NCBI RefSeq assembly: GCF_006345805.1
Contig: NW_021825657.1
Location: forward strand, 1-15,029
Source: Octopus sinensis
Lineage: Eukaryota
DNA length: 15,029 nt
Reading direction: 5' to 3'
The notes below the pieces were generated by a model that saw only the letters and a program-made list of their open reading frames with translations, did no database searches and was not told the DNA's origin. A program made the translations under genes and the position numbers. This document shows, piece after piece, positions 1 to 9,181 of the stretch (position 1 is the stretch's first letter; the number at the start of each line of letters is the position of its first letter).

Positions 1-12
1 ATATATATATAG

Positions 13-72
<60 letters not shown>
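1..72. repeat. (TA)n microsatellite; expanded internal repeat of the adjacent SINE-A copy
   Basis: Near-perfect TA run abutting CGACGGG, where other SINE-A copies carry a short TA/CA tract. Confidence 0.95.
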
Positions 73-73
<1 letters not shown>

Positions 74-233
74 GACGGGCTTCTTTGAGTTTCCGTCTAC
101 CAAATCCACTCACAAGGCTTTGGTCGGCCCGAGGCTATAGTAGAAGACACTTGCCCAAGGTGCCACGCAGTGGGACTGAACCCAGAACCATGTGGTTGGT
201 AAGCAAGCTTTTTACCTCACACCCACTCCCGCG
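73..233 (-). mobile_element. SINE family A, 5' half (tRNA-like head plus CORE-like segment)
   Basis: Reverse complement matches 982-1109 and 12446-12609; B box GGTTCAGTCCC; GGCACCTTGGGCAAGTG resembles the CORE-SINE motif. Confidence 0.9.
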
Positions 234-271
234 TTATATACTTCGATTTCAAAGAATGAATGCAAATAAAA

Positions 272-480
272 TTCTCTTTACAAGGTCTGAAATTTTGTGG
301 GAGGTGGAGATAGTTGATTACATCGAAATCCGAGGCTCAACTGGTATTTATTTTATCAGCACCTAAAAGATGAAAGGCAAAGTCGACTTCCCAGACATCT
401 GAACTTAGAACGTAAAGCCGGAAGAAATGTTGCAAAGCATTTTATCCGGCGTGCTAAAGATACTGCGAGATCGCCACCTT
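272..480 (-). mobile_element. SINE family C, diverged full-length copy, tail type 1
   Basis: Aligns in reverse to 7566-7779 (GATGAAAGGCAAAGTCGAC; ACAAGGTCTGAAATTTT). Confidence 0.8.
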
Positions 481-981
481 AAAGAAATCCAAATACGATG
501 GCTCACTTCAACAGAGAAGATTTAAACTACAAGATGTTTTTACAGAATCATCTTTTGAAAGTTTGGACTTCATTTTCTAAGACGATTCTTACTTAAAGTG
601 CTGTTTCAAGAATGTTGCTTTCAATTCTAATTTCTAAAGTACAAGCCATTTCGAGGGTCGGAAGTTACATAAAATCCAAGTCAAAGATTCCGCTGATTAA
701 CATGGATTAATAATTTCATAATTAATTATATAAGTGTTAATTATTCATCATATAAAACTTATGAGAAACTTATACAGCATCGAAGCTGTATCAATTACAG
801 TTACGTCGATATTGCAATGCTTCACTTATTACAACCAGATGTTTTTATGTCTTGCTGTGAACCCGAAATTATTTTAAAGCAATTCCAGATAAAATTTCGT
901 ACACACAACTAATCCCCATATTTAATGACATATAATGTAATTTCTTCTCCCACAACAGATTCCAAATATATTGCCAGTATA

Positions 982-1109
982 GGCGTACGAGTGGCTGTGT
1001 GGTACGTAGCTTGCTTACCAACCACATGGTTCCGGGTTCAGTCCCACTGCGTGGCACCTTGGGCAAGTGTCTTCTACTATAGCCGCGGACCGACCAAAGC
1101 CTTGTGAGT
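982..1109 (+). mobile_element. SINE family A, 3'-truncated copy
   Basis: A box TGGCTGTGTGG 992-1002, B box GGTTCAGTCCC 1035-1045; similarity ends at CTTGTGAGT. Confidence 0.9.
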
Positions 1110-1358
1110 TGCTAACTTTTGTAGAGCCTGGCATTTGTTTGCAACCTCACTTTACAAACATACACAAACATACTCACGCAAAACCAAACTGATTTGATAA
1201 TTAACTTCCATCAATGAAATAAATATATGCTTAAGCTTCTCTTTTGTTTGGTAATGTCTGGTAGTGTTTCTTTACATTGGAAATTTATTAACCTGGCAGT
1301 TACAGGCTGGTGTATTTATAATATTCTATTCGGTGAGAGCTTCTTTACTTTCGTTATT

Positions 1359-1746
1359 TGAGTGGAGGCGCAATGGCCCAGTGGTTAGGGTAGCGGACTC
1401 GCAGTCATAGGATCGCGGTTTCGATTCCCAGACCGGGCGTTGTGAGTGTTTATTGAGCGAAAACACCTAAAGCTCCACGAGGCTCCGGCAGGGATGGTGG
1501 TGATCCCTGCTGTACTCTTTCACCACAACTTTCTCTCACTCTTACTTCCTGTTTCTGTTGTACCTGTATTTCAAGGGGCCGGCCTTGTCACTCTCTGTGT
1601 CACGCTGAATATCCCCGAGAACTACGATAAAGGTACACGTGTCTGTGGAGTGCTCAGCCACTTACACGTTAATTTCACGAGCAGGCTGTTCCGTTGATTC
1701 GGATCAACCGGAACCCTCGTCGTCGTAACCGACGGAGTGCTTCCAC
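1359..1746 (+). mobile_element. SINE family B, full length, tail type 1; tRNA-derived head (loosely Arg-like)
   Basis: A box TGGCCCAGTGG 1374-1384, B-box-like GTTTCGATTCC 1418-1428; 12-bp TSD ACTTTCGTTATT at 1347-1358 and 1747-1758; homologous to 7863 and 11039 copies. Confidence 0.92.
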
Positions 1747-2140
1747 ACTTTCGTTATTATGTGTATTAATATTAGGCTGTTGAGAGAGGCTGTATAAATA
1801 AGGGTGAGTAAACTTGTAAAGCAAAACTTAATGTTGACGCTTATCATGATATATTCGTCAATGTCGGCAGACTATTGCAAAATGTGATAACAAACTGTAT
1901 CATGTGAGAGAGAGGAATTTTAGATACTCCATGTTCTACTTAATCTTTTAGCATTGTTTCAACATTTTTCGAGCAAGATAATTGACTCTACCAACGTCGG
2001 AGACTATTTCTTTGTGTAATCATTTTGGATATTTTATAAGAAGTAATCTGAATCTTTTCAGAAACTGTTTATATATTTTAAAAAAAATATTTGCCTCTTT
2101 TGTTTTTCTTTCTGTGAGTATTTTGAATAAATCTAGAAAC

Positions 2141-2510
2141 TTTTACTCGTTTCAATCATTGGATTGCGACCATCCTAGAGCACCGCCTTCCTTGAAGGGT
2201 GTTACTTAAACGAAACGCCCCCATTACTTATCTTTCAGTCTGGCACTTATTCTATCTCTCTCTTATGTCTGATTGCTATGTTACGAGGACGTAAACAAAC
2301 TAACAACAATTGTCAAGTGATGGCGGGGACAAACAGACTGAAACATACACAAACACACACATTCAACGGGCTTTTACACAGTTTTGTCTATCAGATTCAC
2401 TCACCAGACACTGGTCGGCCAGGGGCTATAGTAGAAGGCACTTGCCCAAGGTGCCGTACGTTAGAACTGAACCCGGAACCAAGTGATTGCAAAACGAACT
2501 TCTTAACCAA
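2141..2510 (-). mobile_element. SINE family A, old diverged near-full-length copy
   Basis: Colinear with 12225-12609 (CACCGCCTT, GGACGTAAACA, CTATAGTAGAAG, CACTTGCCCAAGGTGCC, CTGAACCCGGAACC). Confidence 0.8.
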
Positions 2511-2623
2511 CTTTTAAAATATTTGCCTGCTTTGTTTATCGTTTTAAAAATCTTTTTAAGTAATTTGAATGTTTTCCTTAAAGAAATAAATGATTACATT
2601 TCAAATGTCTTTATCTTGCGAGA

Positions 2624-2719
2624 AAGCTTTGATTCAGGCGTCATCGTATTTATATCCACATACCAAGCACAGCAATGAAGGACGGTCTTCATTTCAATAC
2701 GAAGGAAACAAAAGTTTAA
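2624..2719 (+). repeat. 96-bp perfect direct repeat, copy 1
   Basis: Identical base for base to 4021-4116. Confidence 0.95.
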
Positions 2720-3362
2720 ATAAATGTCGGCATATTTGTGATAAGCTTGAGTCTTAACGTAAAGGCAGCGGAATTTTGTTCAATAAGTAGATTCGAAACA
2801 TGCCCATTCTTGGATTTTCTTATTTATAAAAACTACGTTTCTTAGAATTTTATCTGTTATGTGGGTATGTATGACTATACATGTATGTGTATATATGAGT
2901 GTAAAAACTTAGGAAAATTGCTCAATCAGCTAAGTAGAGCTTATGTAAATAGAAGCAGAAAGAGAACTTAGGTTTTCATCATTTTTTTAAAATTTCGCGT
3001 TACCGCTTACGCAAACAACTGGCGTCGTTGTTTTCAATCTAGAACAGCAAAAATGTTGATTAAAACGAAGCCCTTAAATATTAAAGATTTTAATATTTAA
3101 ATATGAATATAAATCTGGCTTCTGAATAATGTGCTGTTATGTCAGTGAAAGATTGTCTAATATCATAACGTGGGAACACTGAGAATGAAAGAGAATGACT
3201 AAAGGAGAGACAGGGAGGAAAGAAAGAAGCAGTGGAGAGCCACAGAAGAAGAGAAATAAAATAAATATAAAACAAGACGAGAGAAGGAGAGAGAATGAGT
3301 GAGTGTGTGAGAGAGAAGGAAAGAATATAAAAAGAGATGTACGATGTATGTTTTTTACTGTA

Positions 3363-3600
3363 TCTTTTAATTCTTATCTCATGTTTCAGACATTGGACTG
3401 CGGCCATGCTGGGGCACCACCATGAAGGTTTTTTTAGTCGAATAAATTTACACTAGTTCGTATGTTTTTTTTTTAACATCTGGTTCTTATGCTATCAGTG
3501 TGTTTTGTCGAGCTGCTAAGTTACAGTGACGAAAATAAACCAACACCGGTTGCCAAGCGGCGTGGGGAAGGAGATAGACACAAACACAACGATACACACA
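3363..3600 (-). mobile_element. SINE family A, headless 3' half
   Basis: GACTGCGGCCATGCTGGGGCACC, GCTAAGTTAC and CGGTTGCCAAGCG match the SINE-A 3' region. Confidence 0.8.
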
Positions 3601-3725
3601 TACACAACATGCGCGTGCGCACAACCACACACGCATATGCACAACATGCACGCGCCAGCACGCATACAATTACAAACACGCTTGCACACGCGCGCACGTG
3701 TGTGTCTGTGTGTGTGATGTGTATG
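3590..3725. repeat. Degenerate CA/CG/TG repeat spacer between inverted SINE-A halves
   Basis: CA-rich sequence switches through CGCGCACG to TG-rich sequence. Confidence 0.8.
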
Positions 3726-3917
3726 TGTTTGTCCCCACAACCGCATGGCAACCTGTGTCAATTTCTTTACGTCCCCATAACTTAGCGGTTCGGCAAATAG
3801 TAACGATAGAAATAGTACCAGCCTTAAAAAAGGCTCTGGCATCGATTTATTCGACTAAATTTTTCAAAGTGGTGCCCCAGCATGGTCGCAGTCAAATGAC
3901 TGAAACAAATAAAAAAA
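3700..3917 (+). mobile_element. SINE family A, headless 3' half
   Basis: TGTGTTTGTCCCC...TAACTTAGCGGTTCGGCAAA...GGTGCCCCAGCATGGTCGCAGTCAAATGACTGAAACAAATAAAAAAA. Confidence 0.85.
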
Positions 3918-4020
3918 GTTGAAGATATCCATGGATATTTCAGGTTTAGCGTCAGTCAAATCAAGAATTAAGAACAAATCAAAACTGAGGGACTGGACTT
4001 TAAGGGTCCCTTAAGGTTTT

Positions 4021-4116
4021 AAGCTTTGATTCAGGCGTCATCGTATTTATATCCACATACCAAGCACAGCAATGAAGGACGGTCTTCATTTCAATACGAA
4101 GGAAACAAAAGTTTAA
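4021..4116 (+). repeat. 96-bp perfect direct repeat, copy 2
   Basis: Identical to 2624-2719. Confidence 0.95.
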
Positions 4117-4135
4117 GACGGTTTCTATCATCTTT

Positions 4136-4341
4136 CCCGGCCGATGCATATGATACTTTTTTTTCGGCTGCCGTTACGTTGTGAGTTCAAATTCCGCCGA
4201 GGTCGACTTTGCCTTTCATCCTTTCGGGGTCGATAAATTAAGTACCAGTTAAGCACTGGGGTCGATATAATCGACTTAATACCTATGTCTGTCCATGTTT
4301 GTCCCCTCTGTGTTTAGCCCCTTGTGGGTAATAAAGAAATA
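4136..4341 (+). mobile_element. SINE family C, 5'-truncated, tail type 2
   Basis: GAGTTCAAATTCCGCCGAGGTCGACTTTGCCTTTCATCC core; 16-bp TSD GGTTTCTATCATCTTT at 4120-4135 and 4342-4357. Confidence 0.92.
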
Positions 4342-4507
4342 GGTTTCTATCATCTTTTCTACATTACTAAAGCCGTCCTCAGTTGGGATTTGAACACTCG
4401 TCGACAAATTTACGTATTGATATTTCAACCAAGTCGTAAACAGCTTATACAACATACAAGCATACGTAGATATAGGCACACAAACAAACACATATTTATA
4501 TACCGAT

Positions 4508-4548
4508 CACACACACACACACACACACACACCACACACACACACACA

Positions 4549-4580
<32 letters not shown>

Positions 4581-4643
4581 TACACACACACACAGACACA
4601 CACACGCACGCACGCACTCACGCACACACACACACACATACAC

Positions 4644-4676
<33 letters not shown>

Positions 4677-4777
4677 CATACACACACACATACACACACA
4701 CACATACACACACACACACACGCACGCACGCACCCGCACAACACACACACACACACACACACGCACGCACGCACTCA

Positions 4778-4809
<32 letters not shown>

Positions 4810-4859
4810 CACATACACACGCACACACACACGCACGCACGCACGCACGCACGTACTCA

Positions 4860-4901
<42 letters not shown>

Positions 4902-4930
4902 GCACGCACGCACGCACGCACGCGCACGCA
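4508..4930. repeat. Compound (CA)n/(CACG)n microsatellite
   Basis: Direct reading; source of the HT-rich and CV-rich pseudo-ORFs. Confidence 0.97.
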
Positions 4931-5104
4931 GAGCGAATACAGGCCAAACACGCATACACAGAAACTGAGACAAACACAAACATGCTGGTATGTTTATGCA
5001 GGGTGCAACAGTCGATCCTGTGTCCGCTGACCTGCAAGTGTTTGTGCACGAGCGTGTACATTATTGTGCACGGTTGCAAATTGCAAGTAAAGTGCGTGTG
5101 AGAA

Positions 5105-5364
5105 TGTGTGCATGTATGTATGTATGTATGTATGTATGTATGTATGCATGCATGTATGTATGTATGCATGCATGCATGTATGTATGTTATGTATGTATGT
5201 ATGAATGTATGTATGTATGTATGTATGTATGCATGCATGCATGTATGTATGTATGTATGTATGTATGTATGTATGTATGCATGAATGTATGTATGTATGT
5301 ATGTAGTATGTATGTATGAATGTATGTATGTATGCATGCATGTATGTATCTATGAGTAAATATA

Positions 5365-5400
<36 letters not shown>

Positions 5401-5626
5401 TGTATGTATGTATGTATGTATGCATGTATGTATGTATGCATGCATGCATGCATACATGTATGTATGTATGTATGTATGCATGTATGTATGCATGTATGTA
5501 TGTATGTATATATGCATGTATGTATCTATGAGTAAATATATATATATATATAATGTCCTGTCCATGTTTATTGTATCGTCTTCTATGAGTTATACGTTCT
5601 TGTCCATGTGTATTTTTCTACATACC

Positions 5627-5685
<59 letters not shown>

Positions 5686-5725
5686 ATGTATGTATGTATG
5701 TATGTATGATGTATGTGTGTATAAC
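5105..5725. repeat. Compound (TATG)n/(TGCA)n/(TA)n microsatellite
   Basis: Direct reading; short unique interruption near 5552-5628. Confidence 0.95.
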
Positions 5726-5914
5726 GTTACCAAGTATATCATATAAGAGAGATAACGAGTTATGGCCTATGATAATAGAGGTTGAGGTTGTGATGATAGA
5801 ATAAAGGGTGGATATGGAATTTGTAAGACATGCAGTGAGCAGTGGGGTGTTTGTTGCGGTGCACTGTTTCAGACTGGTGATAACCTACAGCGTAGAAATA
5901 TATTTGAGAATCGT

Positions 5915-6055
5915 CGCAATCACCACCATCGCCACCAACACTGCAGCCGTCGCCGCCGCCGCCGCCTCGATCCCGCCGTCTACATTACCATTATTAATAC
6001 CACTGCTACCACCTCCATCACAGTAATCATCACCACAACTATCACTACAACCACT
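5915..6055. repeat. Degenerate trinucleotide low-complexity tract (ACC/GCC/ACT)
   Basis: CACCACC, (GCC)n and CACTAC runs. Confidence 0.75.
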
Positions 6056-6084
6056 TGGAGATTTATGATTTCGTACTGGCTTTC

Positions 6085-6295
6085 TTGTGTGTGTGTGTGT
6101 GTGCGCGTAAGTGTGTTTGTAAATGTGTGTATCCTATGTATGTATGCACGTGTGTGAGTGTGTGTGTGTGTTTGTGGGTGGGTGGGGTATATATATATAT
6201 ATATATATGTAGGAACATACACATATATTCATATATGAATACATGATGTATATGCATACACATACGCGCGTACACACACATGCACATATATATAT
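6085..6295. repeat. Mixed (TG)n/(TA)n/(CA)n low-complexity repeat
   Basis: Direct reading. Confidence 0.85.
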
Positions 6296-6313
6296 GCAGA
6301 TTGAATATTCTAG

Positions 6314-6475
6314 CAGTACTGCAACAACTTGACTTTCAAGGGTCCACAACTGTTCGACATTCTGCCAAACAATCTCAAAGATTGTAGAGGTTTAGATGTG
6401 GATGTCTTGAAAGAGCTTCTGGACAAATTTTTATATTAGATACCAGATGAACCCACTTCGCGGCAGGCTAAAATT
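6314..6475 (+). mobile_element. Decayed LINE ORF2 C-terminal fragment, L2/CR1 group
   Basis: Manual translation QYCNNLTFKGPQLFDILPNNLKDCRGLDVDVLKELLDKFLY*IPDEPTSRQ fits the recalled GPxLFNxLP...FKxxLDxFLxxIPDEP end of invertebrate L2/CR1-group ORF2. Confidence 0.7.
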
Positions 6476-6595
6476 TCACGCTAAAATTTCAACCAGCTCA
6501 CCGCCATATATGTAACATAGTATCGTTGATTAAGTCAATTTCAAAGTCTTTGAGTTTTTATGGAGCAAAATTAGATTAAGGGTTTAGGAACCATC

Positions 6596-7288
6596 GATGA
6601 AAATCTCTTTCAGAGATTCTGTATATAGTAAGTTAGTGAAACATCACTGAGACAAGTAGAGATGTTTTAGCATCTCAGTGCCGTATTCTCGAATGATGGA
6701 AAGCAGGATGCTGAACTGGGTGCTAAAATTATAGATGCAAGCACGAATATTTGCCTCCTTCAGCATTCGATCCTCAGCAGAGAAATCGTAAAATAAAAAA
6801 GCCAGACATTCTATCTTTTATACAGTTTTCGTGCGTATCCTCAACTATGGTCATAAATGTTGGGTAATGACCGAAAGAGTACGATCGCAAATACAAGCGG
6901 CCGAAATGGGGTTCCTCCGAAGGATCCTCGGATTAACGTTATTCGATAGGGCACGTAGCTCGGAGATCAGGGTGTCTCTCTGGGTGAGCCTCTACTTCTC
7001 TGTATCAGAAGTCACAGCTCCGGTACTATGGACATATGATTAGAATGTCGCAGGAAAGGACCGCGAGACGGATTCTTGAAGCCGAGCCATTCGGCAGGGG
7101 ACCTAAGGGTAACGCAAGAACGAGATGGTTGGATATTATCCATAGTCTCCCAGTTTGTTATGCTTAGGAATATAGCCAGTCAGAGAAGGTAATGACGGTT
7201 ACTGCTGATAGAACCCTATAGAGGAGGTGCCAGAGGACTCTACCCCGACGATACATCCAGGAATAGAGAGCGGAGATGTATTGATGAA
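6596..7288 (+). mobile_element. 5'-truncated, decayed RTE-clade LINE (end of RT domain through 3' end)
   Basis: Across frameshifts: QVEMF*HLSAVFSNDG (FKYLG equivalent), NYGHKCWVMTERVRSQIQAAEMGFLRRILG, EPLLL, SQLRYYGHMIRM, GRGPKGNARTRWLD, ADRTL*RR..LPRR; resembles Expander/Rex3-type RTE ORF2. Confidence 0.9.
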
Positions 7289-7368
<80 letters not shown>

Positions 7369-7450
7369 AATACGTACATACATACATACATACATACATA
7401 TATAGATGGATGCATACATATATACATGCACAAGCACATATATATATATC

Positions 7451-7487
<37 letters not shown>
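7289..7487. repeat. Compound (TATC)n/(TACA)n/(TA)n microsatellite at the RTE 3' end
   Basis: Direct reading. Confidence 0.95.
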
Positions 7488-7491
<4 letters not shown>

Positions 7492-7565
7492 GAAGGGAGA
7501 TTTGTCCAGCATGCGGTTAGCGGACTCCTGCTGTTTATGAGGGGCAAAAGATGCATAAATCATGC

Positions 7566-7779
7566 AAGGCGGTGAGCTGGCAGAGACGTTAGCACGCCAG
7601 ATGAAATGCTTAGCGGTATTTCGTCGGTTTTTACGTTCTGTGTTCAAATTCCGCCGAGGTCGACTTTGCCTTTTATCCTTTCAGGGTCGATAAATTGAGT
7701 AGCAGTTGCGTACTGAGGTCGATCTAATCGACTGGCCCCCTCTCCCAAAATTTCGGACCTTGTACCTAGAGTAGAAAAG
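7566..7779 (+). mobile_element. SINE family C, full length, tail type 1
   Basis: Head AAGGCGGTGAGCTGGCAGAG..., B-box-like GTTCAAATTCC, central GTCGACTTTGCCTTTTATCCTTTCAGGGTCGATAAATTGAGTA (resembles recalled Nin/Deu-type domain); no clear TSD. Confidence 0.9.
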
Positions 7780-7862
7780 ACCTCGTCAATTACCGATATC
7801 TCTGTACTTCTGTGCACTAAACGTCCACATGACAGATTTTCTCAGGAGGTATATACTGCAGT

Positions 7863-8155
7863 GTGGAGGCACATGGCCTAGTGGTTAGAGCAGCGGACTC
7901 GCGGTCGAGGGATCGCGGGTTCGAATCTCAGACAAGGCGATGTGTGTGTTTATGAGCGAAACACCTAAGCTCCACGCGGCTCCGGCAGAAGGTAATGACG
8001 AACTTCTGCTGACTCTTTCGCCACAACTTTCTCTCACTCTCTACTCCTGCATCTTGCAGCTCATCTGCGACGGACAGGCGTCCCGTCCAGGAGGGGAACC
8101 TATACGCCAAGGAAACCGGCCGTATGAGCCAGGCGTGGCTCGAGAAGGAACAAAC
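7863..8155 (+). mobile_element. SINE family B relative with alternative tail type 2
   Basis: A box TGGCCTAGTGG 7874-7884, B box GGTTCGAATCT 7918-7928; TSD ATA(T/G)ACTGCAGT at 7851-7862 and 8156-8167. Confidence 0.9.
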
Positions 8156-8217
8156 ATAGACTGCAGTATTACCGGGCTCTTGTAATACATCCACAATAAC
8201 TAGAATACAGAGACTGC

Positions 8218-8280
8218 CATACACACATACCCCCCCACACACACACACACATACCCCCCCCCCCCACACACACACACATA
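8218..8280. repeat. (CA)n with poly-C interruptions
   Basis: Direct reading. Confidence 0.9.
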
Positions 8281-8509
8281 AATAAGCTTGAAATAGTGTC
8301 TACTGACTGGGATGGCCAAGTGTGTCAAAGTACCCTGAATACATTATAAACGCAATATAAATCGGACACACTTGTCAGTCTGCAAACCTTGCAGTATTAT
8401 TAAATAAGAATATCATATTCTTGTACGTTATAAGTTGCTATCAAACGCTTATTTCTTGCCCGGGTTAAATTTTGCTCTAACGAGCAACAAGATTGAGATA
8501 CAGCCCCCA

Positions 8510-8995
8510 CCACACACATATTCATACATATATGCGTGCGTGTATGTATGTGAGTGTTTGTGCGTGCATGTGTCTATGTATGTATATGAGTATATATGTA
8601 TATGTATAAATCTATGCATATATACATATATGTGCATCTACATGTATGTGCATAAATATATATATATACACACACATACATATGTATATATATGTGTATG
8701 CATATATGTATATATAATATATATACACACACATAGATGCATACGCATATATGCGTACCTATATATGTGCGTGAATACACACACACACACACATAAGTAT
8801 AATATAAATACATATATATATACACACATACCTTTTGTTTTCTGTAAATTTGAATTATTTCTCTCTCTCGCTATATATATATATATATATATATACATTT
8901 ATATATACATATACAGGTACATATATATATATACATACACACACACATATACATATATATATATACATACATACATACATACATACATACATACA

Positions 8996-9025
<30 letters not shown>
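8510..9025. repeat. Compound degenerate (TA)/(TG)/(CA)/(TACA)n microsatellite
   Basis: Direct reading; short unique interruption near 8830-8870. Confidence 0.92.
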
Positions 9026-9026
<1 letters not shown>

Positions 9027-9181
9027 CTCCATCACATACCTAGTCTGCAAAGATGCTGAAACCCTACGAGTCGTAGAACATCGACTGCACACAGGAACAA
9101 CTGTTTTCTTCAGTGTTGGAAGTGTTGCTCTTGTAATCTGATACTTTACATCTCGTTGCTGTTGAAATACATTGGTCAGCG

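Noticed and set aside
85-366. Recurring peptide SFRLPNPLTR...HLPKVPRSGTEP (also at 869, 12401, 13722)
   Set aside because: Antisense translation of SINE-A, not a gene family
4324-5746. Long ORFs (up to 239 aa) rich in HT, CV or YVCM
   Set aside because: They are translations of CA, CACG and TATG microsatellites, open in several frames on both strands
7863-7940. tRNA gene (also 1364-1440 and SINE-A heads)
   Set aside because: A/B boxes are present but acceptor and T stems do not pair, there is no Pol III terminator, and the sequence runs into a SINE body
8317-8374. 10-bp inverted repeat CAAGTGTGTC / GACACACTTG
   Set aside because: Short, built partly from TG/CA repeat sequence, no TSD; chance is likely
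9064-9076. Palindrome CTACGA-G-TCGTAG
   Set aside because: 6-bp arms are expected by chance
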